From: Odoribacter sp. UBA944
GTDB taxonomy: Bacteria; Bacteroidota; Bacteroidia; Bacteroidales; Marinifilaceae
Assembly (NCBI GenBank): GCA_002293375.1
Contig: DBDA01000021.1
Location: 26,305 to 90,304, forward strand
Direction of reading: 5' to 3'
Length of the DNA: 64,000 nucleotides
The position numbers and the translations under genes are program-made. Shown here piece by piece: positions 42,938 to 53,600 of this stretch. Below the pieces are notes generated by a model, which ran no database searches, was not told the origin of the DNA, and was given only the letters and a program-made list of their open reading frames with translations. Position 1 is the stretch's first letter; each line of letters opens with the position of its first letter.

Positions 42938-45900
42938 ATGAGTTGGATTAAACGTTTGTTTGTTTGGGGTGTCAGTCTCTGTGTATTTCCATTATATGGC
43001 GACAATTTGCATTTCTCGGAGGTCCGTGTAGTTTCCGTATCGGATACGGGAGCTGCTTTGGAGGTTACTGTTTTCTGGAGCAATTCCTGGTGCCACTCTT
43101 ACAATCACGATGCGGTATATCTGTTTGGCAAGTACAGCGAGGATGAGATTTCGGGTTGGCGTCATGCTTTCTTTTCTTCGGATGTTTCCTCTTATAGTGT
43201 TTCTGAAGGTTATAGTGTAACGCCGACCTCTGATGGTCGTGGTTTGTTGCTTCGTCGTACCTCTTTTGGGAGCGGAACTTCTGAGGCGACGCTCCGTTTG
43301 ACCTGGTCTCTTTCGGGCAATGAGCTTTCTGTGGTGTCTGCCTCTTCCGTTCTTTCGGGTGCTGTCCGTTTTTCTCTTCAGGGCCTTGAAGTGGTTTATC
43401 TTCCTCCCGGCCCCTTTTATGCGGGCGACGGGGTTTCGGAATCCTCCTTTTCGACCTCTTTTTTCGGCGGTATACCTTCGGAGAGCGATCTTATCGGCAC
43501 GGATGCGAGCTATGTTTACAGCGCGAACGGTAGCGAATCTTCGGGCGTGCATGCCGGCCGTGCTGCGGACCGGTACAACCAGGGAGTTTACGATGCCTCT
43601 TCCCGTCACGACTGGTGCGGTACGGTTCTTCCGGCAACCTGGCAGGTAGATTTCGGCCGCGCGAAGAAGATCCTGTATTTTGGTGTTTCGGGGGTCTATC
43701 CCGACAACATCCCTCCGGCTCCTTCGGGTACGTGGTACTTCGAGGGTTCTACGGATGGTTCTTCCTGGTCCCCTCTTTGGAGCGGCGGTCCTGAGTATTG
43801 GGGTCAGTCCCGCATCTCTTATCCTGTTCAGCAGGCGCTCCGTGTTGTTTCCCCGGGTTTGTACCGTTATTACCGTATCCGTGTGGATGGGAGCCAGCAG
43901 GCCGGTTACTGGAACACGATCCGGATCTCCAATGTGGCGATGACGGAGGATGATCTGTCTCTTCGTCCGACGGACCAAGCTGTTTTGATGGACGGTTTCC
44001 ACCCGGAACTTCCCTCTTCTTATCCATTGGGTACGGAAGGCTTCTATGCGATGAAATATGAGTTGACCCAGGAGCAGTATGTGACCTTTTTGAACCAGCT
44101 TCCCCGTTCAGCTCAATATGCGCGCACTATCGGCGGTGTGTTGGACCGTTTGGAAGAGGGTGATTATGTTTTCGGTGGCCTTCCGGGTTCTTCTTCCCAC
44201 CGCAACGGTATCGTTGTTCACGATCGGCGTTTGAACAGCGGTCTTCCGATTGTTTTTGCGTGTGACCTGGATCGTTCCAATCCCGCTAACGGTTCCTCCG
44301 ACGGTCAGTCGGTTGCCTGCAACTACCTGAGCCCCGCGGATCTGCTTTCCTATGCAGAGTGGACCGGTTTGCGCCCTATGAGCGAATTGGAATACGAGAA
44401 GATGGGCCGCTCCTTTTCCCCTGTTTCCGAGATTGGTGCTTTCCCTGCCTGGGGGAGCGCGCTTTACGTTCCGGGTACGGATCTCTCCTCTGCGGGAACT
44501 TCGCTTGAAACGGCTGTTCCTTCCGATGCCAATGTGAATGCGGAGGGTCATCTTCCCGGCCCTCTTCGTTCTGGTTCTTTTACTCGGGGTGGCAGTCGTT
44601 TTGAGTCCGGTATCTCTTTTTGGGGTTTGTCGGATCTGAGCGGTAACCTGAGTGAGATTTACTGCAATACGAACTCCTGGGGCATTCAGTTGTCGCGTTT
44701 TGAGCATGGCGGGGGTGAGGTTACTTCAGATGGGAAGCATCAGATTTCCGGCCTGTATTGGCCTTCCCATCCTCTTGCTTACGGCTGGCGTGGCGGGGAT
44801 TACGGTTCCGATCCTGTCGCTCTTTCTCTTTCCTATCGGGGTCGGTCTTCCTCCGGTGTTTATGACGATCTGTCGCTTCGTTTTCCTGTGGCGGGTATTC
44901 GTTTGGGTCTTTCATGGTCTGATCCTGTTGGTCGTTCGGAGTTGTTGCTTGGTAACGGTCTTTTGACGGGTGTTTCAGAGGTATGTGATACGGTTTGCGA
45001 CGGTACGGCGTATGAACTTCGGGGTGTTGATGTTCCGGGTTCCGATCCTGCCGTTTACATTTGGTACGGCAGTGACGATGGGGGTATTAGTTGGCAGAAC
45101 CTGCATGTGAACAGTGCTGTTTTGCGTCTTCCGGATCTTGTTTCCCGTGTATCTCCGGGTAGAGTGGTTTCTTTCCGGTACCGGCGTGTTGTTTATACGT
45201 CTTCGGGTCTTTTGGAGAGTGGGGTTGCTGTTTTGGTTGTCGGCCGGGGGTATACGACGGATCGTTTGTCGGATACGATTCGTCCCTGTATGGTTTCGGA
45301 GGGTTTTCATATTACGACGCCGCTGCCGGCAACGTTTGAGTGGAGATATATAGAGAGCGGCAAACAGGCAGCAGCAGTTTCTACCCCTTTTACGTCTGCC
45401 TGTTTTGTTCAGGTGGCGGATTTAAAGGAACGGCCTGAGGAGTTTCCGAGTGGCAACTACAGACTTGATTTGAAAATAAACACAGCGGGAAGATGTATTG
45501 ATAACCTTTCTTTGCAAGTGCATGTTACGTCGAATACGGTTTCTCCGTTTACGAAATCGGAAGAGCCGTATGTTTATGAATCCAATACGTGTATCCTGAA
45601 TGAAAAATGGGGTGGGCCGGACCGGCAACATTGGAGTATTGTCGGCGGCGGATATGGAAATCTGTCTATTGATGAAGCTACGGGAGTGTTAAGCGGTATC
45701 ACCACTACTTTTCTGCACGATGTTGTGGTAGAGGCTGTTTGCCGGGATTATCCGGACAGGACCTATCGGAAAACAGTAACAGAAACGGCCCGGATCATCT
45801 CTTATGTGGCGGCGGCGCAGCCCCTCGTTCTTCCTGCAGGAACATACAATATAGCGTGTTGGGGAGCGGATGGGGGGATGGGTAACGGAGGTTCGAATCC

Positions 45901-46618
45901 GGCCGGTTATGGAGGATATACGGAAGGAGAGATCTTTTTCCCGTCTGTGCAAACCTGTTATGTGTATACGGGAGAGTACGGTAATGGGGTGAATACTGTC
46001 CGGGGGTTCAACGGCGGTGGCCAGGCTCCTGCTGCCGGCGGGCATAATGGGGGCCGTGGAGGTGGGGCTACCGATATCCGGCTCACGGGAGGTGCCTGGG
46101 ACAATGTCACCTCGCTTCGCAGCCGGATCATGGTGGCCGGAGGAGGAGGGGGCGCCCAACCCAATTGCGGGGGAACTCAGACTTCGGCCGGCCATGCGGG
46201 GGGATTGGTGGGAGCCACTTCTCTGAATCAGGGTGGTTCTTATGTTAATAACCGCTCGTTCGGAGGATCGCAGACGAGCGGCGGGGCTTTCCAGTTGGGG
46301 AGTAATGCCACCAACAATGGGGTTGTAGGAGGTTTCGGTATGGGCGCTTATGCGAATACCTGTGCTGCGGGTGGCGGGAGCGGTTATTATGGCGGCGGTT
46401 CCCAGTATACTTCCGGCGGCGGGGGTGGCTCTTCGTTTATCAGCGGGTATGCTGGGTGTAATGCTGTAAACAATGCCGGTACCCATACGGGACAACCGGT
46501 GCATTTCAGCGGAATGACATTTACGAAAACCGTTATGCAGGGGGGGAGTGAAAATACCCACGGGCGGGCGCCGGGGGGGTATGGGAAGGCACTTATAACA
46601 TTTGTAACCGGTTTGTAG
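42938..46618 (+). CDS. GldJ-fold scaffold paralogue C, glycine-rich C-terminal head
   Basis: 1226 aa with the same architecture as B: 'DNLHFSEVRVVSVSD...VFWSNSWCHSYNHDAVYLFGKY', 'GLEVVYLPPGPFYAGD', 'WQVDFGRAKKILYFGVSGV', 'FYAMKYELTQEQY', 'GLRPMSELEYEKM', 'GIRLGLS', 'CWGADGG...GGYGGYTEG...GGGATDIRL...RIMVAGGGGGA'. Confidence 0.8.
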   Translation: MSWIKRLFVWGVSLCVFPLYGDNLHFSEVRVVSVSDTGAALEVTVFWSNSWCHSYNHDAVYLFGKYSEDEISGWRHAFFSSDVSSYSVSEGYSVTPTSDGRGLLLRRTSFGSGTSEATLRLTWSLSGNELSVVSASSVLSGAVRFSLQGLEVVYLPPGPFYAGDGVSESSFSTSFFGGIPSESDLIGTDASYVYSANGSESSGVHAGRAADRYNQGVYDASSRHDWCGTVLPATWQVDFGRAKKILYFGVSGVYPDNIPPAPSGTWYFEGSTDGSSWSPLWSGGPEYWGQSRISYPVQQALRVVSPGLYRYYRIRVDGSQQAGYWNTIRISNVAMTEDDLSLRPTDQAVLMDGFHPELPSSYPLGTEGFYAMKYELTQEQYVTFLNQLPRSAQYARTIGGVLDRLEEGDYVFGGLPGSSSHRNGIVVHDRRLNSGLPIVFACDLDRSNPANGSSDGQSVACNYLSPADLLSYAEWTGLRPMSELEYEKMGRSFSPVSEIGAFPAWGSALYVPGTDLSSAGTSLETAVPSDANVNAEGHLPGPLRSGSFTRGGSRFESGISFWGLSDLSGNLSEIYCNTNSWGIQLSRFEHGGGEVTSDGKHQISGLYWPSHPLAYGWRGGDYGSDPVALSLSYRGRSSSGVYDDLSLRFPVAGIRLGLSWSDPVGRSELLLGNGLLTGVSEVCDTVCDGTAYELRGVDVPGSDPAVYIWYGSDDGGISWQNLHVNSAVLRLPDLVSRVSPGRVVSFRYRRVVYTSSGLLESGVAVLVVGRGYTTDRLSDTIRPCMVSEGFHITTPLPATFEWRYIESGKQAAAVSTPFTSACFVQVADLKERPEEFPSGNYRLDLKINTAGRCIDNLSLQVHVTSNTVSPFTKSEEPYVYESNTCILNEKWGGPDRQHWSIVGGGYGNLSIDEATGVLSGITTTFLHDVVVEAVCRDYPDRTYRKTVTETARIISYVAAAQPLVLPAGTYNIACWGADGGMGNGGSNPAGYGGYTEGEIFFPSVQTCYVYTGEYGNGVNTVRGFNGGGQAPAAGGHNGGRGGGATDIRLTGGAWDNVTSLRSRIMVAGGGGGAQPNCGGTQTSAGHAGGLVGATSLNQGGSYVNNRSFGGSQTSGGAFQLGSNATNNGVVGGFGMGAYANTCAAGGGSGYYGGGSQYTSGGGGGSSFISGYAGCNAVNNAGTHTGQPVHFSGMTFTKTVMQGGSENTHGRAPGGYGKALITFVTGL

Positions 46619-47013
46619 CATGTAATGGCCTTTTTTTGAAACACCGGACTGATCGATCATCTCCGTGCAGTATGGATTTATATAACTATAAAATAGAATA
46701 GATGCTTTGTGAATAACAATATGTTTTATTATTATTTGAACGTATGTAATCATAAGATGGGATGATAAGTCGGATTTTTATAGAAAAATACGCAAAAATA
46801 AGGTGCGAATCGTTAAATAAATCCACCAAACAACAGTCCATTCGCATAACAATTCAAAAAACCAACCACCATTCGCCCCCAAATAACTAAGAAACAATTA
46901 TTTAGGCAGCGTAAAAATGTAGTTTTTTCAAAAATATACATACCTGACATTCAGCTTGTTGCAATTTTTTTAGAAAAATATATTCGGTGATTCTTGAAAT
47001 TCAATATTTTTTT

Positions 47014-47045
47014 TTTGGGATTGCGATTAATTCTATTTAATTTTG
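47014..47045 (+). promoter_or_regulatory. candidate Bacteroidota sigma-A promoter (-33 TTTG / -7 TAATTTTG) for the D-E-F-giant unit
   Basis: TTTG at 47014-47017 and TAATTTTG (TAnnTTTG) at 47038-47045 are separated by 20 bp. They sit at the 3' end of a 472-nt strongly AT-rich gap, about 46 nt upstream of the ATG at 47091. Confidence 0.45.
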
Positions 47046-47090
47046 GTGGTAAGATTGAGGAGTATGTGTATCGATAGTGGAAAGAGACAA

Positions 47091-50000
47091 ATGGGAAGGA
47101 AGTTACCATTGTTGCTATTGCTGTTTTTTACAGTGACCGGGTGGGCGAATAATGTTCGCATTGTCGGTGATGTACGGGTGGCAGTGGAGAACATTGTCCG
47201 TGAGCAGGGGCAACCAATGGTGGCGACGTTCTCTTTTACCGTTGAGTGGGACAACTCCTGGCGAGATGAGTTCAATTACGATGCTGTGTATGTTTTCCTG
47301 AAGCACAAAGTGCGGGGATCTGGAGAGAAATGGTACAATGTTTATCTTCAGGATGCCGGTAATACTGCTTCTTCGTCGGGAGATGAATATGTTCTGGAAT
47401 TGAAAAACACGACCGGGACGGCCAACCGTAACGAAGGATTTTTTCTTTATCGGAAAGAGAACGGTTGTTGCATTTCGTCCGTGGAGGTTACGCTCAAGTG
47501 GGACATTGAATCCACCGACCGGCCCGACGGTTTGACTCTTGCTCATTTTGACCAAAGGCAAGTGTTGATGTCGGCGATGGCGATTGAAATGGTTTACGTT
47601 CCCCGAGGGGCTTTCCGAATGGGCGATACCTATTCGGCGAACCATTTCCGGAAAAGATACCTTTCCCTGCCGGAAAAATACGATATTGTACCTCACGCTG
47701 TCCGCTACGGTACGACTTCTACCCTGGGGAGTGTGCTCTATTGTGATCCTCAGATAGCTGCCAACCAGATGAATGATCTCTCTGCTGATCCGGATCCGGT
47801 TACCGGTTTTCCGAATAACAGTTGGTATGGGGACGGATACGGTTACGGAGGCTACCAAGGGTGGTCCTGTGTGTTTGCAGAGCCCCGTGCAGTCCGCTAT
47901 GTGGCTATAGAGAGCGTGCCGGGATATGTGCCGTCCAGGTGGACGTTGGAGGGGCAATCCGAGGGGATTGAGTGGAAGACTATTTATACCGGTACGGGTG
48001 CGGATTGGGAAACTTCCCTGATACGGACCTATCCGCCCACCCGGGCGATACGGGTGGCGGATCTGCCTGAATTGTTTACCACTTACCGGATCCGGGTGGA
48101 GAATAGTGATATGGCCGGAAGCAATCCGCCGCTGATAAAAAATGTCGCCATGTCGGAGGTGGACCTGCGGGCAGAGGTGGACAACAGTGTGCTGATCAAC
48201 GAACCGGTCACGACCCTTGGCACCTGGATGGGACTGGAAGCCGGGGACGGGGACGAATGGATGGGAAAAACCGATGAGAATTACCCCAACGGTTATCCTG
48301 CTTTTTACGCCATGAAGTACGAGATCAGCCAGGAACAATATGTTGCTTTCCTGAATAAACTGACCATTGGACAGCAACGGACACGGACTATCGGAGGGGA
48401 GTTGGAGCACCTGGAGGAGGGAGAGTATGTTTTCGGAAGCGACCGGAAAAATCCTTCGAACAGAAACGGGATTATTCTGTTGCAGCAAACCGCAGGCGGT
48501 GAGCCGGCAGTGTTTGAAGCAAAGATAGAACCGGGAAGGAGCGACGGGACGTTGGCCTGTAATTATCTGAGCCCCGAAGATATGTTGGCTTATGCGGATT
48601 GGAGCGGTCTGCGTCCCATGACTGAAATGGAGTACGAAAAGATGAACCGCCCCTTCTTCCCGACCGAAAGTGTTCGGGGCGGATATCCGTGGGGCGGATA
48701 TCCGGGAGGCCCTCCGGCTTTGGATATCAGAGAGGTCACTGTTTTGTATGATCCGGCCACGCGCCGGGAACGTCCGTCTAATCCGAGCGCTAATGTGAAT
48801 TTCAACCAAACAGTGACAGGTCCTGTCCGTAGCGGCGCTTTCCTGACCGGAACAAGCAGACGGGAACAGACGGGCGCCGGTTTTTGGGGAGCGATGGAAG
48901 GCGCCGGTAATTTACAGGAGATATGTTACAATGTAAACAGTGAGGGACGTCTGTACAGAGGGTTGGCGACAACTCTGCACGGGAACGGCTATTTAGATGC
49001 CAATGGAAATACCGATATAACCATCCGCAACTGGCCCCTGCACCACAACGCTTTTATTTTGAAAGGCGGCCATTGGGCCGATACGGAGGAGAAATATTTG
49101 GCGGTTTCCGATCGTTCCCGGCATCAGAATTACTACACCTCTATGAAGACCGCCCGCCGGGACAGCACGGTGTCGTTCCGCCTGGCTCACACGGCTCCGA
49201 AGAGGAGTCTGGTTACCCACATCTCTTTGGAAAACGGATTGTCTACGGCCAATACGGGCGGCGTAAGTACGGCGGCAGATACGGTTTGCCACCGGGATAT
49301 TTATACTATTCGGGGAACGTTGCCGCCGGAAATGGCCGATAAGCTTTATACGGTTGTCTGGTATAAAAGCGAGAACGGCGGGGTCAGTTGGGAATCGGTC
49401 GAAGGCGCCGGCGATCAGAATCTGACTGTGCGGAAACTCTGGAACATGCATACTGGGGAAGACCGGGTGATAGAATATTGGTTCCGCAAAGAGATTTACG
49501 GAGAAACCACCGATGCCAAATCGGATGTTGTTGTATTGAGGATCCTGAATACCCATACCTCTTTGAGCAGGAAAACAGATACGTTGGATGTGTACGATCG
49601 TTCATTGGGCGTAAAAGTGAACGTAGAGATGAAAGCCTCTTTTGCCTGGCTTTTTGACGGGAAAGCTGTTGATGTGGCTTACGACGTTTTGCCGGGAAAG
49701 CCGGGCAAGGCTGTAGTGGGCGCTCCTCTTTACAGTTCTTTGAGCGGGGCGGATACGGAGTATGTTATTCGTTCCCGTTTTATGAATCACTGTACGGTTT
49801 ACGATACGGTTTCCGTATATCGCAGGCCCACTCCCCCGATCTTACTGTCTGATGCAGCGAATTGGAATGAGGGGTGCGGAAGTTTTATGCAGGATGCCAG
49901 GGACAATAAAATCTATCGGACGGTGAAGATAGGCATGCAGTGTTGGATGGCCGATAACCTGAATTATGTGGAGATCGGCAGCCGGTGTTATGAAAATAAG

Positions 50001-50630
50001 GCTGAAAATTGTGAGAAATACGGAAGGTTGTACAATTGGAAGCAGGCGATTGGAGAGTGGTATGATGTGATGTGGGTGCGCGGCGTTTGTCCGGCCGGTT
50101 GGCACGTCCCGAACCACAACGAATGGTTGTTGCTGGGCCAGGACGTACCCTCCGGGAGAGCCTGGAGAAGTCAGTTGAATCTGTGGAACGCGCCGACACA
50201 ATTGGTGAACGGCTCGTTTGAACCCAATCTGGCTACCAACAGCAGCGGCTTTTCGGCTTTGCCGGGGGGAGGATACTTTTTTTCTTACAGTACGTCCACT
50301 GCGACCAGCAGTGATCAATTGAAGCGGTTGACCGGCTTCTATGATCTTCGCGACAGGGCTTGGTGGTGGAGTTCAACCGGAACCTCCTCTTCGTTCGTAA
50401 CCGGTAATTCTACAGCCAATGCCATAACGACCATACCGATGCTTGCTACGGTGAATTCCGAGAACACGATCACGCTCCAAAATCCGGCTTCTTCTGCCAT
50501 ATCGACTCCGTTTTACGGACCGGTGGACTATTTGGGAAATGCAACTTCCCTGAATGAAGATGCCCGCTACCATGCTTCTGTGGCCATACAGAACAATTTT
50601 TATTTCAGTGTGCGTTGTTTAAAGGATTGA
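47091..50630 (+). CDS. GldJ-fold scaffold paralogue D, FISUMP (Fibrobacter succinogenes major paralogous domain) C-terminal head
   Basis: The track ORF is 47043..50630. The likely start is 'MGRKLPLLLLLFFTVTGWA'. 'NNVRIVGDVRV...VEWDNSWRDEFNYDAVYVFLKHKV', 'AIEMVYVPRGAFRMGD', 'FYAMKYEISQEQY', 'GLRPMTEMEYEKM' and 'VSFRLAH'. Head: 'DARDNKIYRTVKIGMQCWMADNLNY...CEKYGRLYNW...CPAGWHVPNHNEWLLL...FYFSVRCLKD'. Confidence 0.8.
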   Translation: MGRKLPLLLLLFFTVTGWANNVRIVGDVRVAVENIVREQGQPMVATFSFTVEWDNSWRDEFNYDAVYVFLKHKVRGSGEKWYNVYLQDAGNTASSSGDEYVLELKNTTGTANRNEGFFLYRKENGCCISSVEVTLKWDIESTDRPDGLTLAHFDQRQVLMSAMAIEMVYVPRGAFRMGDTYSANHFRKRYLSLPEKYDIVPHAVRYGTTSTLGSVLYCDPQIAANQMNDLSADPDPVTGFPNNSWYGDGYGYGGYQGWSCVFAEPRAVRYVAIESVPGYVPSRWTLEGQSEGIEWKTIYTGTGADWETSLIRTYPPTRAIRVADLPELFTTYRIRVENSDMAGSNPPLIKNVAMSEVDLRAEVDNSVLINEPVTTLGTWMGLEAGDGDEWMGKTDENYPNGYPAFYAMKYEISQEQYVAFLNKLTIGQQRTRTIGGELEHLEEGEYVFGSDRKNPSNRNGIILLQQTAGGEPAVFEAKIEPGRSDGTLACNYLSPEDMLAYADWSGLRPMTEMEYEKMNRPFFPTESVRGGYPWGGYPGGPPALDIREVTVLYDPATRRERPSNPSANVNFNQTVTGPVRSGAFLTGTSRREQTGAGFWGAMEGAGNLQEICYNVNSEGRLYRGLATTLHGNGYLDANGNTDITIRNWPLHHNAFILKGGHWADTEEKYLAVSDRSRHQNYYTSMKTARRDSTVSFRLAHTAPKRSLVTHISLENGLSTANTGGVSTAADTVCHRDIYTIRGTLPPEMADKLYTVVWYKSENGGVSWESVEGAGDQNLTVRKLWNMHTGEDRVIEYWFRKEIYGETTDAKSDVVVLRILNTHTSLSRKTDTLDVYDRSLGVKVNVEMKASFAWLFDGKAVDVAYDVLPGKPGKAVVGAPLYSSLSGADTEYVIRSRFMNHCTVYDTVSVYRRPTPPILLSDAANWNEGCGSFMQDARDNKIYRTVKIGMQCWMADNLNYVEIGSRCYENKAENCEKYGRLYNWKQAIGEWYDVMWVRGVCPAGWHVPNHNEWLLLGQDVPSGRAWRSQLNLWNAPTQLVNGSFEPNLATNSSGFSALPGGGYFFSYSTSTATSSDQLKRLTGFYDLRDRAWWWSSTGTSSSFVTGNSTANAITTIPMLATVNSENTITLQNPASSAISTPFYGPVDYLGNATSLNEDARYHASVAIQNNFYFSVRCLKD

Positions 50631-50665
50631 TAAAATAGGAATTAGTGAAAAAATAGATAGATAGT

Positions 50666-53600
50666 ATGAAGAGGTTTGCGATACTGTGCCTGTTTGCGGC
50701 GTTTGCGGGGAATATCTGTCGGGCAAACAACATCCGGGTAGACGGAGATGTCCGGGTGACGGGCAATGATGTCAGCGGAAACATAGCCACGGTCAACATT
50801 AAATTGCAGTGGGACAATTCGTGGAGGGATGCTTTTAATTATGATGCTGCGTATGTTTTTGTGAAATACAAAGTGGACGGAGAGGGGGAACTTTGGCATC
50901 ATGCCACGCTGATGAGCGACGGACATACGGTAACCCCCGGATATGAAACTCTGCTTTCCAACACGACCGGAGAGACAGATAAAAACCAGGGAATTTTTGT
51001 GTACCGCTCCGGAAAAGGGGTCGGTTCTTCCGTGGTGGAATTGAAATTGAGGTGGAATATCACGGGAAATCCGAACAAGGTATTGAATACCGACCTGTTT
51101 ATTTCCAACCGGGTGTTTATCACGGCTATGGGTATAGAGATGGTCTATATTCCGCGGGGAGGATTCCGGGCCGGCGATACCAGGTCTGTGAAAAAATTTG
51201 AGTACAAAGATGTAACCTTTCCGGCTAAATACGATCTGTTGACAACGGATCTTGTCAGGGAGTATTACTCTTCCAAATCCAGAGAATTGGTATCCGATCC
51301 CAATCCGCCCGCTTTTGCCATCAATGGCATCAACGATGTTAATCCGGAAAAGAGCAATGCCTGGGTAGGGCGTACGGATACTCCCGAAGGTGTAGACTAT
51401 GATGATTTCTGGCAGGTGTCTTTTACCCAGCCGGTGGTGTTGAGGAGTATTGCGATCGAGAGTATTGCGGGCGGTGTGCCGGCCGAGTGGAAACTGGAGG
51501 CCTCAACGACGAGTGGGTGGAGGGCTATCTATCCGGTCAATTATCAGGATGACATTTACGCTCTCGGGAGTGAGTGGGCGACAGGATCGCACCGGACCTA
51601 TCCCTGTACGCGAACCCTGCGTATACCGGACGATCCGGAAAATGAACAGGGATACTCTACTTACCGTATTACTATTAAGGGGATTCCTGCCGGGGGAACT
51701 GTCATTAAAAATGTTTCCATGGGGGTTGCCAATGTATTGGATTCTGTGGATAACTCTGTTGTGATAGACGGCCCGCAGAGCCGGATGCACAACCGGTACG
51801 GCCTGTATGCCGAAGACGGCGATACGTGGTCGGGTTTGACGGATGTGAATTATCCGAACGGATACGGGGCCTTCTTTGCCATGAAATACGAGATCACTCA
51901 GGAACAGTATGTTACTTTTCTGAATAAACTGACTGCGGCTCAACAGCGGAACCGTACCATCGGAGCGGTAAAATTGGAATCGTTGCTGGAGGGACAATAC
52001 GTGTTTGGGGACGATAAGAATAACCCGACTGCCCGTAACGGCATCAAATTAGCCTCCATTGGTGTGAACGACGCACCTTATGTATTTGCCAATGATTTAA
52101 ATCCCCTGAACGAATATGCGCAGGACGGCGACGGACAAACCATTGCCTGTAATTTCCTGAACGGAGGGGATATGCTGGCTTATGCCGACTGGGTGGGTCT
52201 GCGTCCGCTGACGGAGCTGGAATATGAAAAAATGGCCCGCCGCCCCTTCCCCGAACACGCTATCCGGGGAGAGTATGCCTGGAACCAGGCTGTCGATGCA
52301 ACAAAGGCTACCGGCTTTTTCGGGACAACAGTCGGTAAGAAGACCGAGCGTCCGGCATCCGGGAACGTAAACATGGAGAACGGCCAGGAGGGACCGTTGC
52401 GGGTAGGCTCTTTTGCTGCCTCTTCCGGCGGTCAGGTTGCTGCGGGCGCCAGTTTCTGGGGATTGATGGAGTTGAGCGGAAACCTGGGTGAACTGTACTA
52501 CAACGCCAACACGGTGGGCCGGGGATTTCGCGGTATGCAGAATATTCACCACGGAAACGGCCAGTTGGCTGCGGACGGGAATACGGATGTATTGACGGAT
52601 TACTGGCCCTGGGCGGAACAGGCATTTTCCCTGCGGGGCGGCAGTTATCAGGATGTGAAGGAACGGGTGCGGATTTCCGACCGGGAACGGAACCTGAATG
52701 TGTTCGGCAGCATCAGCGAAGTGACTGGGATGAAGAGCCCCACCATGACTTTTCGCTTGGGGCGGACAGCTCCGGTGCTTACACTAATATCCGAGTTGGT
52801 GTTGGAAAACGGGCAGAGTACGGCCATGAATGCGATCGACTCCGTCTGTTCGGGTGTGGATTACATTATCAAGGGAACGATACCCAAGGAGATCACCGGT
52901 TCGTTCCGGATCGCCTGGTTTATGAGCAGTGATAAGGGAACAACTTGGGATTTGATGGAGGGAGAAGAGCAACCCTCCCTGAATATCAAGAATTTGCGTA
53001 ACATCAACCTGACGCAGGATCTCTTTATGAATTTCCGCTTCCGGAGACGCATTTTCAGCGATCGGTACGATGTGGTTACCACGAACGATGTGGAGATCAA
53101 TGTGATCAACAACTCTTTGATCGTAAGCAACAACCGGGATACCTTGGATGTGTACGACCGCTCTAAAGGGTTCCGGGTGGAGACCCCGCAGGCGGCTACA
53201 TTTGCCTGGACCTGGTTGCGGTCAGGCGTAAATAATAACCGGCCGATCACTCCGGAGTACCCTGCGATCGTTGCGGGCAAAGTGCAACGCCATTTCTTTG
53301 CCTATACGGACTTTGAGGACGGGGCTATGTTTCTGGGAACAAATAAGATCCTGTTGGAGGTAACTGTTATGAAAAAGTGTCCGTTGCAGGATACACTCTA
53401 TGTTTTTGTGGAAGAGTCTCCCTCGCCGCAGGATAACGGAGAGACTTTTGTCTGCGGGAATATATTACAGTTCGAAGAGGAAAGGTACCGCACCATTGAG
53501 ATCGGCGGCCGTTGTTGGTTTGCAGACAACCTGAGGCGCACACCGTCTACCGGCAGTTACAAGTGTTATGACGAATCGTTGGAAAACTGCAAGAAATACG

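Noticed and set aside
46600-46660. Rho-independent terminator after paralogue C, suggested by the T7 run at ~46633.
   Set aside because: I could not fold a stable GC-rich stem immediately upstream of the T-run. There is only a short 'aaccggtt' self-complementary patch.
46619-47090. Invertible (phase-variable) promoter in the AT-rich gap.
   Set aside because: The repeats I could find in the gap are direct, not inverted. No flanking inverted-repeat pair brackets the promoter, and no tyrosine or serine recombinase gene is present in the window.
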